A stretch of 64,000 bases of DNA, taken from IMG/VR virus record IMGVR_UViG_3300032305_001732, positions 12,585 to 76,584 of that record. One strand, written 5' to 3'. The position numbers were made by a program, and so were the translations under genes. The number at the start of each line of letters is the position of its first letter. Within the stretch, counting starts at the first letter, position 1. This DNA is from a virus. Its lineage: Duplodnaviria; Caudoviricetes. Below are positions 1-9,065 of this stretch, in pieces. The notes under the pieces are model-generated. The model saw only the letters and a list, made by a program, of their open reading frames with translations, was not told where the DNA came from and ran no database searches.

Positions 1-1
1 C

Positions 2-247
2 CGCGAGGCTGCTCCCAAGAAGAAGCTCAAGCCGGCCGTCAAGCCGGTCTCGGAGCTGCCTTCTGAGTTCCCGAGCTTCGATGAGCAAATGGCAACTACC
101 GCCCGGCTCCGCGCCGAGTGGGACGCTGCCAGGGAAGCTCGCAAAGCTCACACTTGGGGAACGCCCGAGTATAAGGCTGCCAACGTGGTAGCTGAAGAGC
201 GCTGGGAAGTGCTCTCGAAAGCATACCGGATCCCCGTCCGGTACTAG
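2..247 (+). CDS. 3' end of a hypothetical protein (runs off the window start)
   Basis: Frame 2 is open from base 2 to TAG at 245-247 (REAAPKKKLKPAVKP...YRIPVRY). Codons mostly end in G/C, and a terminator follows immediately. Confidence 0.7.
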   Translation, partial: REAAPKKKLKPAVKPVSELPSEFPSFDEQMATTARLRAEWDAAREARKAHTWGTPEYKAANVVAEERWEVLSKAYRIPVRY

Positions 248-248
248 T

Positions 249-296
249 AAGAAAAGCGCACCTGGGGGAAACCCCGGCTCTGCGCTTTTCTTTTGC
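249..296. terminator. Rho-independent terminator, probably bidirectional
   Basis: AAGAAAAGCGCA (249-260) and TGCGCTTTTCTT (281-292) form a perfect inverted repeat around an inner GGGG-GAAA-CCCC hairpin. A T-run follows and an A-run precedes. Confidence 0.85.
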
Positions 297-355
297 TATC
301 AGAGCTTTATTCTCTGGGCTTCATATCTACAGGCCAATAAATTACAATCACACTA

Positions 356-619
356 TTGTCTCTTTTCGGAGTGCTTGTATTCATGCCAGATACACCACCA
401 GAAATACGAATTGCCAAAAGCGCCGGAGCGCCCTGGGTAAAGCGCTTCGGCCCGTCACCAGCGAAGCAGCCCCCTGGAGACCCTGCGACAGCCTCAGGGT
501 CTGTCCTGGCTGACGTGAACACTGTGGTGGGCTCGATTGGCCCCTTAGGAAATAACTACTCATGCCCAACACAATTCGGATTAAACGCACGACATCCAGT
601 AATCGCCCAGCGAGCTTAG
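356..619 (+). CDS. Hypothetical protein (doubtful; ATG at 383 possible)
   Basis: Only + strand ORF in the gap between the terminator and the next promoter; no recognisable motif. Confidence 0.3.
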   Translation: MSLFGVLVFMPDTPPEIRIAKSAGAPWVKRFGPSPAKQPPGDPATASGSVLADVNTVVGSIGPLGNNYSCPTQFGLNARHPVIAQRA

Positions 620-686
620 CCAATGCGGAGCTGGCGTTTATCGAGGCGGCGGGGATATAAAGCAATTCATAACGCCCCCTCGTGCT

Positions 687-695
687 TGCTATAAT
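687..695 (+). promoter_or_regulatory. Extended -10 promoter element (TGnTATAAT)
   Basis: TGCTATAAT is a perfect consensus match, 20 nt upstream of the ATG at 715, with an AAGAGGTG SD-like sequence between them. Confidence 0.65.
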
Positions 696-714
696 TCAAG
701 CAAGAGGTGCGGTT

Positions 715-1536
715 ATGCCCATAAATGACTTGCTTAAAGCGCTGGCAGTATTAAACAAATACCTGCCTAATACCAAAGAGCTAGTAGAAATACTTACAAG
801 CTCTGGTATTTCAAATGCGGTTATTCGGCTGCTTATGGCCCAGTCAGCTACGCCCAAGTACGCGATGGCTATGACCGCGTTTAGGCGCCCCGGGTATTTC
901 AGGGAAGTCTTGTTTACCCTGGCGAACAACACGGGCCTTGAAGACTACGTATTGCACTTTGGTCTCGAGCCAGTCACGCCGGAAGTGCTCGAGGTGGCTA
1001 GGTCTGTGCAATTCATGCCCACGGTTTTAACAATCAATTCGCATTCGCTGGGGGTGACTGAAAACCCCTATGAATTACTCAAGCGCGTATTTGAGACTAC
1101 AGACGTGCCGGGCGTGCTGTATTTAGAGGACGACGTGATACTGGCCCCAGATGCCGTACGGATGGCTACGTGGTATTTTGAGCATCCAGAGCGCAATAAC
1201 TACATGTGCTTGAACTTATACAACCCAGACAGCCAGGCCGATGCTGACCCCACAAGCCTAGTCGCGAGCCATAAATTTAACGCGTTGGCTATAGGAATTA
1301 CCAGGGAACAGTGGGAAAAGTACTTCAAAGACGGCTGGCACAAGGATCCGCAGGGCTGGGATTGGTCGATGATAGGGATTGCCAAGGACGTGCAGGTGTT
1401 AACTCCTGGCATTTCTCGGTCGCATCATATTGGCCGGGAATATGGGATGTATTACGACGCATCTAAGCATGACGCTATTTATTGCCCAAACCCTATGTGT
1501 ACGCAGCCCGCCTCAGAGTTTAGAATAGTGAACTAA
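715..1536 (+). CDS. GT-A fold glycosyltransferase (GnT-I/GT13-like)
   Basis: MTAFRRPGYF beta-strand start, LYLEDD metal-binding motif, and GWDWS and RSHHIG motifs typical of GnT-I-like enzymes. Confidence 0.7.
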   Translation: MPINDLLKALAVLNKYLPNTKELVEILTSSGISNAVIRLLMAQSATPKYAMAMTAFRRPGYFREVLFTLANNTGLEDYVLHFGLEPVTPEVLEVARSVQFMPTVLTINSHSLGVTENPYELLKRVFETTDVPGVLYLEDDVILAPDAVRMATWYFEHPERNNYMCLNLYNPDSQADADPTSLVASHKFNALAIGITREQWEKYFKDGWHKDPQGWDWSMIGIAKDVQVLTPGISRSHHIGREYGMYYDASKHDAIYCPNPMCTQPASEFRIVN

Positions 1537-1564
1537 GTTGTATTTGAAATCCAAGGGTTTAATC

Positions 1565-2518
1565 ATGACCACGCCGTATGAATTTGGGAAGTTTGCCGCT
1601 GAGCCAAAAGCTCTGCGGTTTCATGAGCCAGAATCTAGTGTTCCGCCTATAAACATGGCTAATGTAGAAGCCCGCGGTGATTATCATTCTTTCAAACACC
1701 GTAACAAATTTCCAACCAGTACTTTATTTTCAAGTTTGTTTGGGGCAGAGGGGCTCGACGCCAAAATTTTAAGCAGGCCAGTTTCCGCCGCACTTGGTCA
1801 CGTAGCGCCGATGCTGCCTATTCCTGGCGCTTCTTTAATTGGTCCTGCAACTGGCGCGGCTAGCGCTGTAACCAATACGCTGGACGACGTTAATAATTTA
1901 CGTTATCGGCAAAGCATTCAGAGTAGAGTTGATAAGTACAACGCAAATCCAGAGCGCGTCAAAGAAAAGCTGCCGGCTGCTAAAATGAAGGCAAGCCCAA
2001 CAATTCCAGCTAGCGCTGTAGATGCTGCTGCCAAATCTATTCCGAAATCTACAGCCCCTGCGAAAACTAGCCCCGCAAAAACCGAAGAGTCTAAATCCAC
2101 AGAGCCGTCTACTGTCTCCAAGGTTTTAAACGCCGTAGATCCGCGCAAGATGGACCCTAGATTGCTCGCTGCGCTTGGTATTGGCGGCGTTGGTCTTGGT
2201 GCTGGCGCGTATTACCTCAGCCGTAAGAAAAAGAAGAAGCCAGAAGACAACTCGGAGAAGCAATCAATGCTCAACGATTTAATGCAGTTCGGCGCCAAGG
2301 TTGCCCAGTCAACGTGCTCCCCGTGCGATATGCCTAACGGCCCCGCCAACAAGAAGCACATGACCGGCGCGAGCCCGGCTGTCACAGAAGCCGGCGAGCA
2401 CTCTGAGGAGTTTGGCACGCCTGAGGTCGCTGAGACAGAGCACAGCAACGCCAAGGCCAAGATGCCAGAAGAAGGCGCAAAGTCGGCGTATGCTTTTGGC
2501 TACATGCTGGGGCGCTAA
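1565..2518 (+). CDS. Putative internal virion polyprotein (glycine zipper + K-x-A motifs)
   Basis: Leader YEFGKFAAE; ALGIGGVGLGAGAYYL helix followed by RKKKKK; then EKQS, FGAKVA and a C-terminal AKSAYAFGY. Confidence 0.6.
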   Translation: MTTPYEFGKFAAEPKALRFHEPESSVPPINMANVEARGDYHSFKHRNKFPTSTLFSSLFGAEGLDAKILSRPVSAALGHVAPMLPIPGASLIGPATGAASAVTNTLDDVNNLRYRQSIQSRVDKYNANPERVKEKLPAAKMKASPTIPASAVDAAAKSIPKSTAPAKTSPAKTEESKSTEPSTVSKVLNAVDPRKMDPRLLAALGIGGVGLGAGAYYLSRKKKKKPEDNSEKQSMLNDLMQFGAKVAQSTCSPCDMPNGPANKKHMTGASPAVTEAGEHSEEFGTPEVAETEHSNAKAKMPEEGAKSAYAFGYMLGR

Positions 2519-2536
2519 ACATACGAGCATAGCCGC

Positions 2537-4264
2537 ATGTTTAACCTAGGCAGCTCTGACACGTGTGCGCGGCTCGGTGAAAGGATCGTGCGCTACGCCT
2601 ATTTGGGCGAAACGAAGATTTACACCTGCGGCCAGTGTGATCCGACGGGCACGACTGATCCGTATTTTTCTGCCGTGCTGTTTTTGGCGAATTTCAATGG
2701 GAACTATTTTAATTGTGCGTTGAATGACGCTACGCTGAGCCGCCGCAGTTGGGTCTCCCAGCCGCCTGTGCTTTCAAACACAGTGTATTACACCACGCCA
2801 GATGTGGAATATCCGGAAGAAGCTCTGCAGGGCAGTCTAGATTTCAACGGCAATGGACTGGCGTGGGCGAATTTGACGACTGCGCTAGGGCTTGAGTTCA
2901 CCGTTGAAGCGTGGGCATATCGTACGACGAATCTGAATTACTACAACGATCCGAATTTGATATTTTTCGCGCTGTTTGAGGGTACAGGCGACGCCGTGCA
3001 GTATCTCGCCGGACCTGCAGCGGTGGGTGTGCGAAATAACGTCTGGATATTGAACGGCGTCGGCACTGCTGCGTCCGCGCCAATTTCGACCTGGCAACAT
3101 GTGGCGCTTGTGGGTCGCGCGCGTTTAGACTCCACATCGGCTGGCGATCTCACGCTGTATATTGATGGCGTGGAGGCAGCAAAACAGCAATACCAAGCGA
3201 TTAAAGGAAATTATGGCGTAGCGACTCCTATCCAGCGCGTGACGCTTGGCTTCGGCAACGGCCCGGAGATTAGCGCCCCCTTTGTTTATTCATTTCCAGG
3301 CTACATGGACGATCTGCGCGTTACGAACCGCGCGCGGTATCTGTCAAATTTCACACCGCCGGTCAGTCCGATGCCGAATGATCAGACGCCTGCGATTTTG
3401 AGTTCCAGCAGCTCATCCAGCGCATCGGACCCGTATTTTAATAACGTCGAGGTCTTGTTGCACTGTGACGCCGATGCGCCGGCGATAGCTCGGATTAGGG
3501 ACTCGTCGCAGCACAATCGTACGATATATCTTGCTAACATCCTTTCGGTGATGATAAATACGCAGGCCAGCAATCAGAGCCCGATTGGACAGAATCAAAG
3601 TGCGTCCAGTCAGCGGGGTGTGTTAACCTCTGCGAGCCAAGCGTGGTCAGATTACTCTGGCGGTGCGTATATCCAGGCCGCGATTACGGGAAATAATCTC
3701 AGCGCGGGTAGCCGTGATTACACGCTTGAATTCTGGGCAAAGTTTTCTGGCGGCGGAACGATCATCAGTCCTGCCGTCGGGTTTGGTCTGGGCCAGAATC
3801 GACTATTTATACGGGATGCTCAAGAGCCGTGGGCCGGTTACGCTCAACGCATGACGATGCAGCTGCAGTACTTGTCTCCTACTGCTGGCGTTGGCATCGT
3901 TAATCGCTGGGCGCACGACGTCACGCCATACCGCAATACGTGGACACATTACGCGATTAGCCGCGCAAACGGGACGACGCGTGTATTTGTGAATGGCCAG
4001 CAGGTGACGCTGGGAATTGACAGCGCGACGCAGGAGCCGTGGAATCCGTTTTCCAGCACGGCGGCCTCGATCAACGACGGCGTTGATTTAAATTTTTCAT
4101 CGTCCCCGTATTTCACAAGTTACGGTAGCGACGCCATGGCTTTATTTGGCGTCGGCTATGACCAGATGGCCAACACCTATATTGACGAATTTCGCTATAC
4201 AGTAGGTGTGGGTAGATATACAACCGGTTTCACAGTCCCCACCGTACCGTACCCGAACTCATAA
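2537..4264 (+). CDS. Tail/virion surface protein with two LamG (ConA-like lectin) domains
   Basis: Two repeats starting DPYF... with FTVEAW / YTLEFW, W.H.A and Y(M/I)D(D/E).R..RY...FT.P motifs, joined by a poly-Ser linker. Confidence 0.75.
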   Translation: MFNLGSSDTCARLGERIVRYAYLGETKIYTCGQCDPTGTTDPYFSAVLFLANFNGNYFNCALNDATLSRRSWVSQPPVLSNTVYYTTPDVEYPEEALQGSLDFNGNGLAWANLTTALGLEFTVEAWAYRTTNLNYYNDPNLIFFALFEGTGDAVQYLAGPAAVGVRNNVWILNGVGTAASAPISTWQHVALVGRARLDSTSAGDLTLYIDGVEAAKQQYQAIKGNYGVATPIQRVTLGFGNGPEISAPFVYSFPGYMDDLRVTNRARYLSNFTPPVSPMPNDQTPAILSSSSSSSASDPYFNNVEVLLHCDADAPAIARIRDSSQHNRTIYLANILSVMINTQASNQSPIGQNQSASSQRGVLTSASQAWSDYSGGAYIQAAITGNNLSAGSRDYTLEFWAKFSGGGTIISPAVGFGLGQNRLFIRDAQEPWAGYAQRMTMQLQYLSPTAGVGIVNRWAHDVTPYRNTWTHYAISRANGTTRVFVNGQQVTLGIDSATQEPWNPFSSTAASINDGVDLNFSSSPYFTSYGSDAMALFGVGYDQMANTYIDEFRYTVGVGRYTTGFTVPTVPYPNS

Positions 4265-4322
4265 TTGGCGCTGTACGGTATACTGGTACCATAATTAAAC
4301 TTGGTATGCCCGGAACGTTACC

Positions 4323-5567
4323 ATGCCGCAGCCTACTACACCCAACCTGAGCGTCGACACCGCTAGCCAATTAGCGAAAGCAGAGCCGGGCATTACCAAT
4401 AAAGAGCCCGGATTTGCTAATACTTATGGCCCCGGCACGAGCTCTCCTGGCGGTATTCTTGCGGCTAGTCTTCCTGCCCTCGGGGTTGGCGGGCTGAGCT
4501 TGTTGATGATGTACAGGCGTTATCTGCAAGACCAGGAAGACCAGAAGAAGCAATTAAAACAGGCTGACTTTACATCCCAGCTACCAGGGCTCCATCCTAA
4601 AGACATGCTCTTGGGTGCAGCTTTGGGCGGAGGCGCTGGGTTGCTTTATGACACAGTCCGCGGCCAGCCAGCCGGCAAGCGCTTATCTACGACGCTTAAG
4701 CGCGTTCTTACTGGCGCGGGAGTCGGAGCTGTTGGGGCAAATGTCGCTGGTGACAGAGCTCGCAGGTATATAACAAACTCTGCGCTCCCTTTCGGCTATG
4801 ACCAAGAGGGTATGCTATCTCAGTTGGCCCCAAGATCAGTAAAGCACGTGTATGACGCGCTGATTGCTGATAAGCCTAGCTATGACCCCAAGGTTGTAGC
4901 GGGTTTAAAAGACAGTTTTAGCGGAGATGCAGCCGCCTTCGACACCGCTATTGCCGCGAGATATGAATTGGGCAGACGTGCTCTAGGCGTGCATACCAAT
5001 AACGCCATCAAAGATTTCTGGCAAAAAAACAAAGGCACTGCTGGCCCGGATTATTACTCAGTGAACGAGAAAAATCCTGCGTACTCTAAGAACGTATTGA
5101 ATCTATATCGCACTTCGGCACCAGACGGAGCGATGCCAAACGGGCGTGAAACCGTTAATTCTTACAATACATCTCCGGGCGCTTGGCGCATGTCCGACGC
5201 TCTGGGCGCGAACACGTTACTGGGCGAGCAGCAAGTCGTTGTAGACGCTAATGGCCAAGGTCGTGTGGTTGATCGCTATGACGTCACCCCTGCCAAGAAA
5301 GATACAGATAAGTTTGTAAATGCTGTTATGAGTGGTGACGTGCTTAGACCAGGCTGGCACAGAAAGCCCCTTAATGACGCCGGGGTCTACGACAAAGACA
5401 AGACGAATCAGACATGGCTCACGAGTCTATTGGGGCGCATGTTCTGGGATAAAGTGCTGACAGAAGAACATCCTTGGGTCAGTCAGCGTTTCCAATTTAC
5501 ACCCGACCAGACCACCGGCATGAGCAACCTTGAGTTCCTGCGCGAGTCTGGCAAACCTAGCACGTAG
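4323..5567 (+). CDS. Putative internal virion (ejection) protein with glycine zippers
   Basis: Three GxxxG helices (LGVGGL, LGAALGGGAG, TGAGVGAVGA); LKQA motif after the first; no Cys in 414 aa. Confidence 0.55.
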   Translation: MPQPTTPNLSVDTASQLAKAEPGITNKEPGFANTYGPGTSSPGGILAASLPALGVGGLSLLMMYRRYLQDQEDQKKQLKQADFTSQLPGLHPKDMLLGAALGGGAGLLYDTVRGQPAGKRLSTTLKRVLTGAGVGAVGANVAGDRARRYITNSALPFGYDQEGMLSQLAPRSVKHVYDALIADKPSYDPKVVAGLKDSFSGDAAAFDTAIAARYELGRRALGVHTNNAIKDFWQKNKGTAGPDYYSVNEKNPAYSKNVLNLYRTSAPDGAMPNGRETVNSYNTSPGAWRMSDALGANTLLGEQQVVVDANGQGRVVDRYDVTPAKKDTDKFVNAVMSGDVLRPGWHRKPLNDAGVYDKDKTNQTWLTSLLGRMFWDKVLTEEHPWVSQRFQFTPDQTTGMSNLEFLRESGKPST

Positions 5568-5607
5568 TTTAATTATGTTGTGACGCATTCTGTGCAAGGA
5601 GGCACCC

Positions 5608-6414
5608 ATGCATCCAGTTAACACCCTAAAAATCTATGCTATGGGGCTTCTGTTCCTACTGTTAATGTCAGGAACAGTTTTTGGCGGCACACGAGACCCC
5701 AATATTGCCGATCAGCATTATGTTGAGTACGGCAAGAAGTTTAAGTCAGTAGTTCGGATTCGCGCGGTGGGGAAAGAGGGGGAGAAGCATTACGCCTCGG
5801 CTGTATTAATCAAGCCGCATTGGGCGCTTACCGCGGGGCACATTCTGCATGGAACAACGGCGCCCTACATTCTGATGGACAACGATGCGCGCCAGATCCC
5901 ATTGCAGGCGGTAATTATTCACAAAGGTTTTAACGACGATCCAATTAAAGGTTTTCCTGATCTCGCCGTTGTGTATTCTGAGCAGGACTTCGGGCTAGAG
6001 TTCTACACGCCGCTCTACAAACAAAAGGACGAAGCGGGTAAAGTAGCAACGTTGGCCGGCTGTGGTTTGCATGGCACGTTTGAAACAGGTCACGCGTTCG
6101 CAGATGTCTTGCGGAGAGCCGGCAGTAACAAAATAGACCGTGTAAGCGACAGCGTATTATTCTGCACACCAAGTAAAAACGCGTCAGACGGCAAAACCTC
6201 TATGGAGTTTTTAATTGCCCCTGGTGATTCTGGCGGCGGGTTATTTATAGGCAACGAGCTGGCTGGAATTCATTCTTTTATTTCGCGGCCTGGTAGCGCG
6301 CCAAACAGCAAGTACGGCGAAGAATCTGGGCATACGCGTATCAGTTTGTATGCTGATTGGGTAGAATCACAGATCGCCGAGCACGAACTTAAATTAAAAG
6401 CAGTTGAGAAATAA
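5608..6414 (+). CDS. Trypsin-like (S1) serine protease with N-terminal signal/TM segment
   Basis: Catalytic triad motifs WALTAGH, PDLAVV and PGDSGGGL; hydrophobic N-terminus; GGAGG SD. Confidence 0.9.
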   Translation: MHPVNTLKIYAMGLLFLLLMSGTVFGGTRDPNIADQHYVEYGKKFKSVVRIRAVGKEGEKHYASAVLIKPHWALTAGHILHGTTAPYILMDNDARQIPLQAVIIHKGFNDDPIKGFPDLAVVYSEQDFGLEFYTPLYKQKDEAGKVATLAGCGLHGTFETGHAFADVLRRAGSNKIDRVSDSVLFCTPSKNASDGKTSMEFLIAPGDSGGGLFIGNELAGIHSFISRPGSAPNSKYGEESGHTRISLYADWVESQIAEHELKLKAVEK

Positions 6415-6416
6415 GC

Positions 6417-8300
6417 ATGGCTAACAAGAAGATCTCAGAGTTTGTTACTGCTGCGGCTGTCGGTTCAAGCGTTGTTCCTGTATCAAACGCTGCCGGTACA
6501 GTCACGAATAAAGTCACGCTGGAATCTATTGCAGCTCTTGGCGGTGGTGCTCCTGCTGACGGGACTGTAGCTACCGCAAAGCTGGCTAATAGCGCGGTGA
6601 CGTACGCTAAGCTGCAGAACGTCTCGGCTACAGATAGGTTACTCGGCCGGGCTACAACTGGCGCAGGAGTTGTTGAAGAAATTCCGTGCACTGTATTTGG
6701 CCGGTCGCTTTTAGCCGCCACTACAGCTGCCGCGGCAAAGACGACATTAGCTTTAGCTGCTGTGGCTACGTCTGGCGCTTACAGTGATTTAACTGGTGTG
6801 CCAGACCCGCTGTTAAAGACGGGCGGGACGATCACCGGTAATCTGTTTGTAAACGGCGCTGTTATTGGCGCTGGTGCCCGTTCCGCTTTTGCCGCTAATA
6901 ACGAACAGTACGCGCTTGGTGCCCGTTTCGCTCCAGCTGGCGGCGTTGTGTACTTCGGCGCCACGAATGCCACAACTACGCCGGACGTGGCTATCAGTAA
7001 TGCAGGTGGCGCGACATTGATGTTGCTGCAAACCGGCGGCAACGTAGGCATCGGCACAAATAGCCCTACTCAAAGATTAGACGTCAACGGCACCATTACA
7101 GCCACTAAAAGCATAGCGCCATTTGATGTAAGCGCCAGAAGCTACGTGCGTGAGTGGATTGAGCTGCCTAACTTTACGGGTTTGTTGTCTGCTAATAACA
7201 GCGCGTACTTCCGGCCTAATGATGGCGCTTATGGCGGTTGGAAATTCTCTGGCACTCGCAATGGCTGGGCTGGTATTGAGTTTAGCGAGAGCGGCACGTC
7301 TTTAATGCAGGATGCTACTGGCGAGACATCAGGTTTTCACCGAAATGGCTACGGCTGGCAGTTTTACTGGCAAAACGGAGAGCTGCGTTGTTTTAAAAAT
7401 CGTTACGGCGGCGGCACAAACGCCACGGTGCTCGACAGTGTCAATTATGGAAATTACGTATCGAGCGGCACAAACACAATGGGCGGTCGTTTAACGATCA
7501 CAAGCAATACACCGGTTGCGTATGCAGACGCTACCAGCAGCACAATTTATTACACGCCGCACACGTCAAATTATATTTCTCTTTATGACACGGTGGCTGC
7601 GCGTTGGGTGTTGTACCCGTTCACAGAAGTGAGTTTAAGCGTTGCCGCCCTTGCCGCTAACGTTAACTACGACGTGTTTATTCGCAGAAACGGTGCTAGT
7701 TTTGCGCTTGAGACGCTTGCTTGGACATCAGACACAGCTAGGACAGTAAACAGTTTAACTCTAACGGCTAGCCGGGCGTATGTGAGAACTAGTGATAACT
7801 CACAGCGCTATATTGGCACAATTCGTACGTCGGCTGCGGGCACTATAGCTGACACAGAGTCGTTGCGCTATGTGTGGAACATGGATAACCGCGTTAAACG
7901 TTTAGCGCACGCTGACAATAACGTGACGCACACATACGCTGGTGCAAATGCTACTTATAGACCTTGGCGTAATTTGTCGGCTACGTCTGCGCTCGGTTTG
8001 TCTCGTGTGCAGTTTATTACAGGTATGGCGGAAGATCTCGTGCGCTCAGACTGGTATGCCAATACTATGACATCTGGCGGCGCTGGACTTTCTCCGGCAT
8101 TGGATAGCCGTACAGCGCCTGTGGGCCTTCTTTACGCTGGCATCCCAGGCCCCACATCGCAGGTGCAGTTAGCCGCAGCAGCCACCGTTACATGGAATCC
8201 GTTGTTGGGGTATCATTTCGTCGAGATTCTGCAGGGCACACCTACTGGCGCCAGCGGCACATATTACAGCGTATCATTTAACGTAGAAATTTTTAGCTAG
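6417..8300 (+). CDS. Tail fibre protein
   Basis: N-terminal KKISE anchor motif, VTYAKLQNVSATDRLLGR and GNVGIGTNSPTQRLDVNG fibre motifs; rich in Thr, Ala and Gly. Confidence 0.8.
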   Translation: MANKKISEFVTAAAVGSSVVPVSNAAGTVTNKVTLESIAALGGGAPADGTVATAKLANSAVTYAKLQNVSATDRLLGRATTGAGVVEEIPCTVFGRSLLAATTAAAAKTTLALAAVATSGAYSDLTGVPDPLLKTGGTITGNLFVNGAVIGAGARSAFAANNEQYALGARFAPAGGVVYFGATNATTTPDVAISNAGGATLMLLQTGGNVGIGTNSPTQRLDVNGTITATKSIAPFDVSARSYVREWIELPNFTGLLSANNSAYFRPNDGAYGGWKFSGTRNGWAGIEFSESGTSLMQDATGETSGFHRNGYGWQFYWQNGELRCFKNRYGGGTNATVLDSVNYGNYVSSGTNTMGGRLTITSNTPVAYADATSSTIYYTPHTSNYISLYDTVAARWVLYPFTEVSLSVAALAANVNYDVFIRRNGASFALETLAWTSDTARTVNSLTLTASRAYVRTSDNSQRYIGTIRTSAAGTIADTESLRYVWNMDNRVKRLAHADNNVTHTYAGANATYRPWRNLSATSALGLSRVQFITGMAEDLVRSDWYANTMTSGGAGLSPALDSRTAPVGLLYAGIPGPTSQVQLAAAATVTWNPLLGYHFVEILQGTPTGASGTYYSVSFNVEIFS

Positions 8301-8322
8301 TACTTGATTGAAGGTTATCAAT

Positions 8323-9021
8323 ATGGCTGACGATATTGCGCTCGAACTTCCGCTTGATCCTGCCCCGCTGCCGCCGGAGGTAGATACGCCTACGATTGCC
8401 CCAGTTGAGTCGTCATCGTCCGCAGAGTTTGTTGACACCGCGACTGCCGATATTGCAAACGCGCCTGAAGTTGTGCCACTTGCTGGTGTCGTTGTTGCCG
8501 CACCTGTTGTTCCTGTGCCGACATTGCTGCCGCCGGTTGATCCAATACTTGCCGACGACATGCAAACGCTGCATGCCGCAATCCAGGCAATAACTCCAAT
8601 TACCGGTTTGTCTATCATTAATGACGTGCCCAGTGAGATTGGCTACATCACACCGCCGACGGCTGAGCAGGAAGTGCAAATTGCTGAAGTCATTAGCGGC
8701 TGGGATAACCTGCGGGCTAAAAATGCCCAGCTGCGTGAAATTGAAAATAACTGGCAAACAACTATTGCAGCCGGCTGGCCCACGCCGTATGGCTGGAAAC
8801 TGGGGCTTACTCCGCAGGATATCACGCTCCTTACCGGTGCTTTTATTTTGGCGAAAGAGGCCCAAACAATGGGCCTTGCGAGCTCTGGCGTGATTGTGGA
8901 CACGGACGGGCTTGCGCATGAGTTGTCTGTGGCTGATTTAACAGGGCTTATGCTGCAATATGGCCAGGCGCGTGCAGCTCTTTCTGCTGCCTATGCCGCG
9001 TCAAAGGCTGCTCTTGGTTAA
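8323..9021 (+). CDS. Tail fibre-associated (assembly/chaperone-like) protein
   Basis: Directly follows the fibre gene. Acidic Pro-rich N-terminus; C-terminal helical domain (I.D.DG..H.LSVADLTGLMLQYG) resembles DUF4376-type fibre accessory proteins. Confidence 0.5.
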   Translation: MADDIALELPLDPAPLPPEVDTPTIAPVESSSSAEFVDTATADIANAPEVVPLAGVVVAAPVVPVPTLLPPVDPILADDMQTLHAAIQAITPITGLSIINDVPSEIGYITPPTAEQEVQIAEVISGWDNLRAKNAQLREIENNWQTTIAAGWPTPYGWKLGLTPQDITLLTGAFILAKEAQTMGLASSGVIVDTDGLAHELSVADLTGLMLQYGQARAALSAAYAASKAALG

Positions 9022-9065
9022 AATAGCTTTACGGCAGTATTCCTGGCTATAAAGGCTATTGATTC

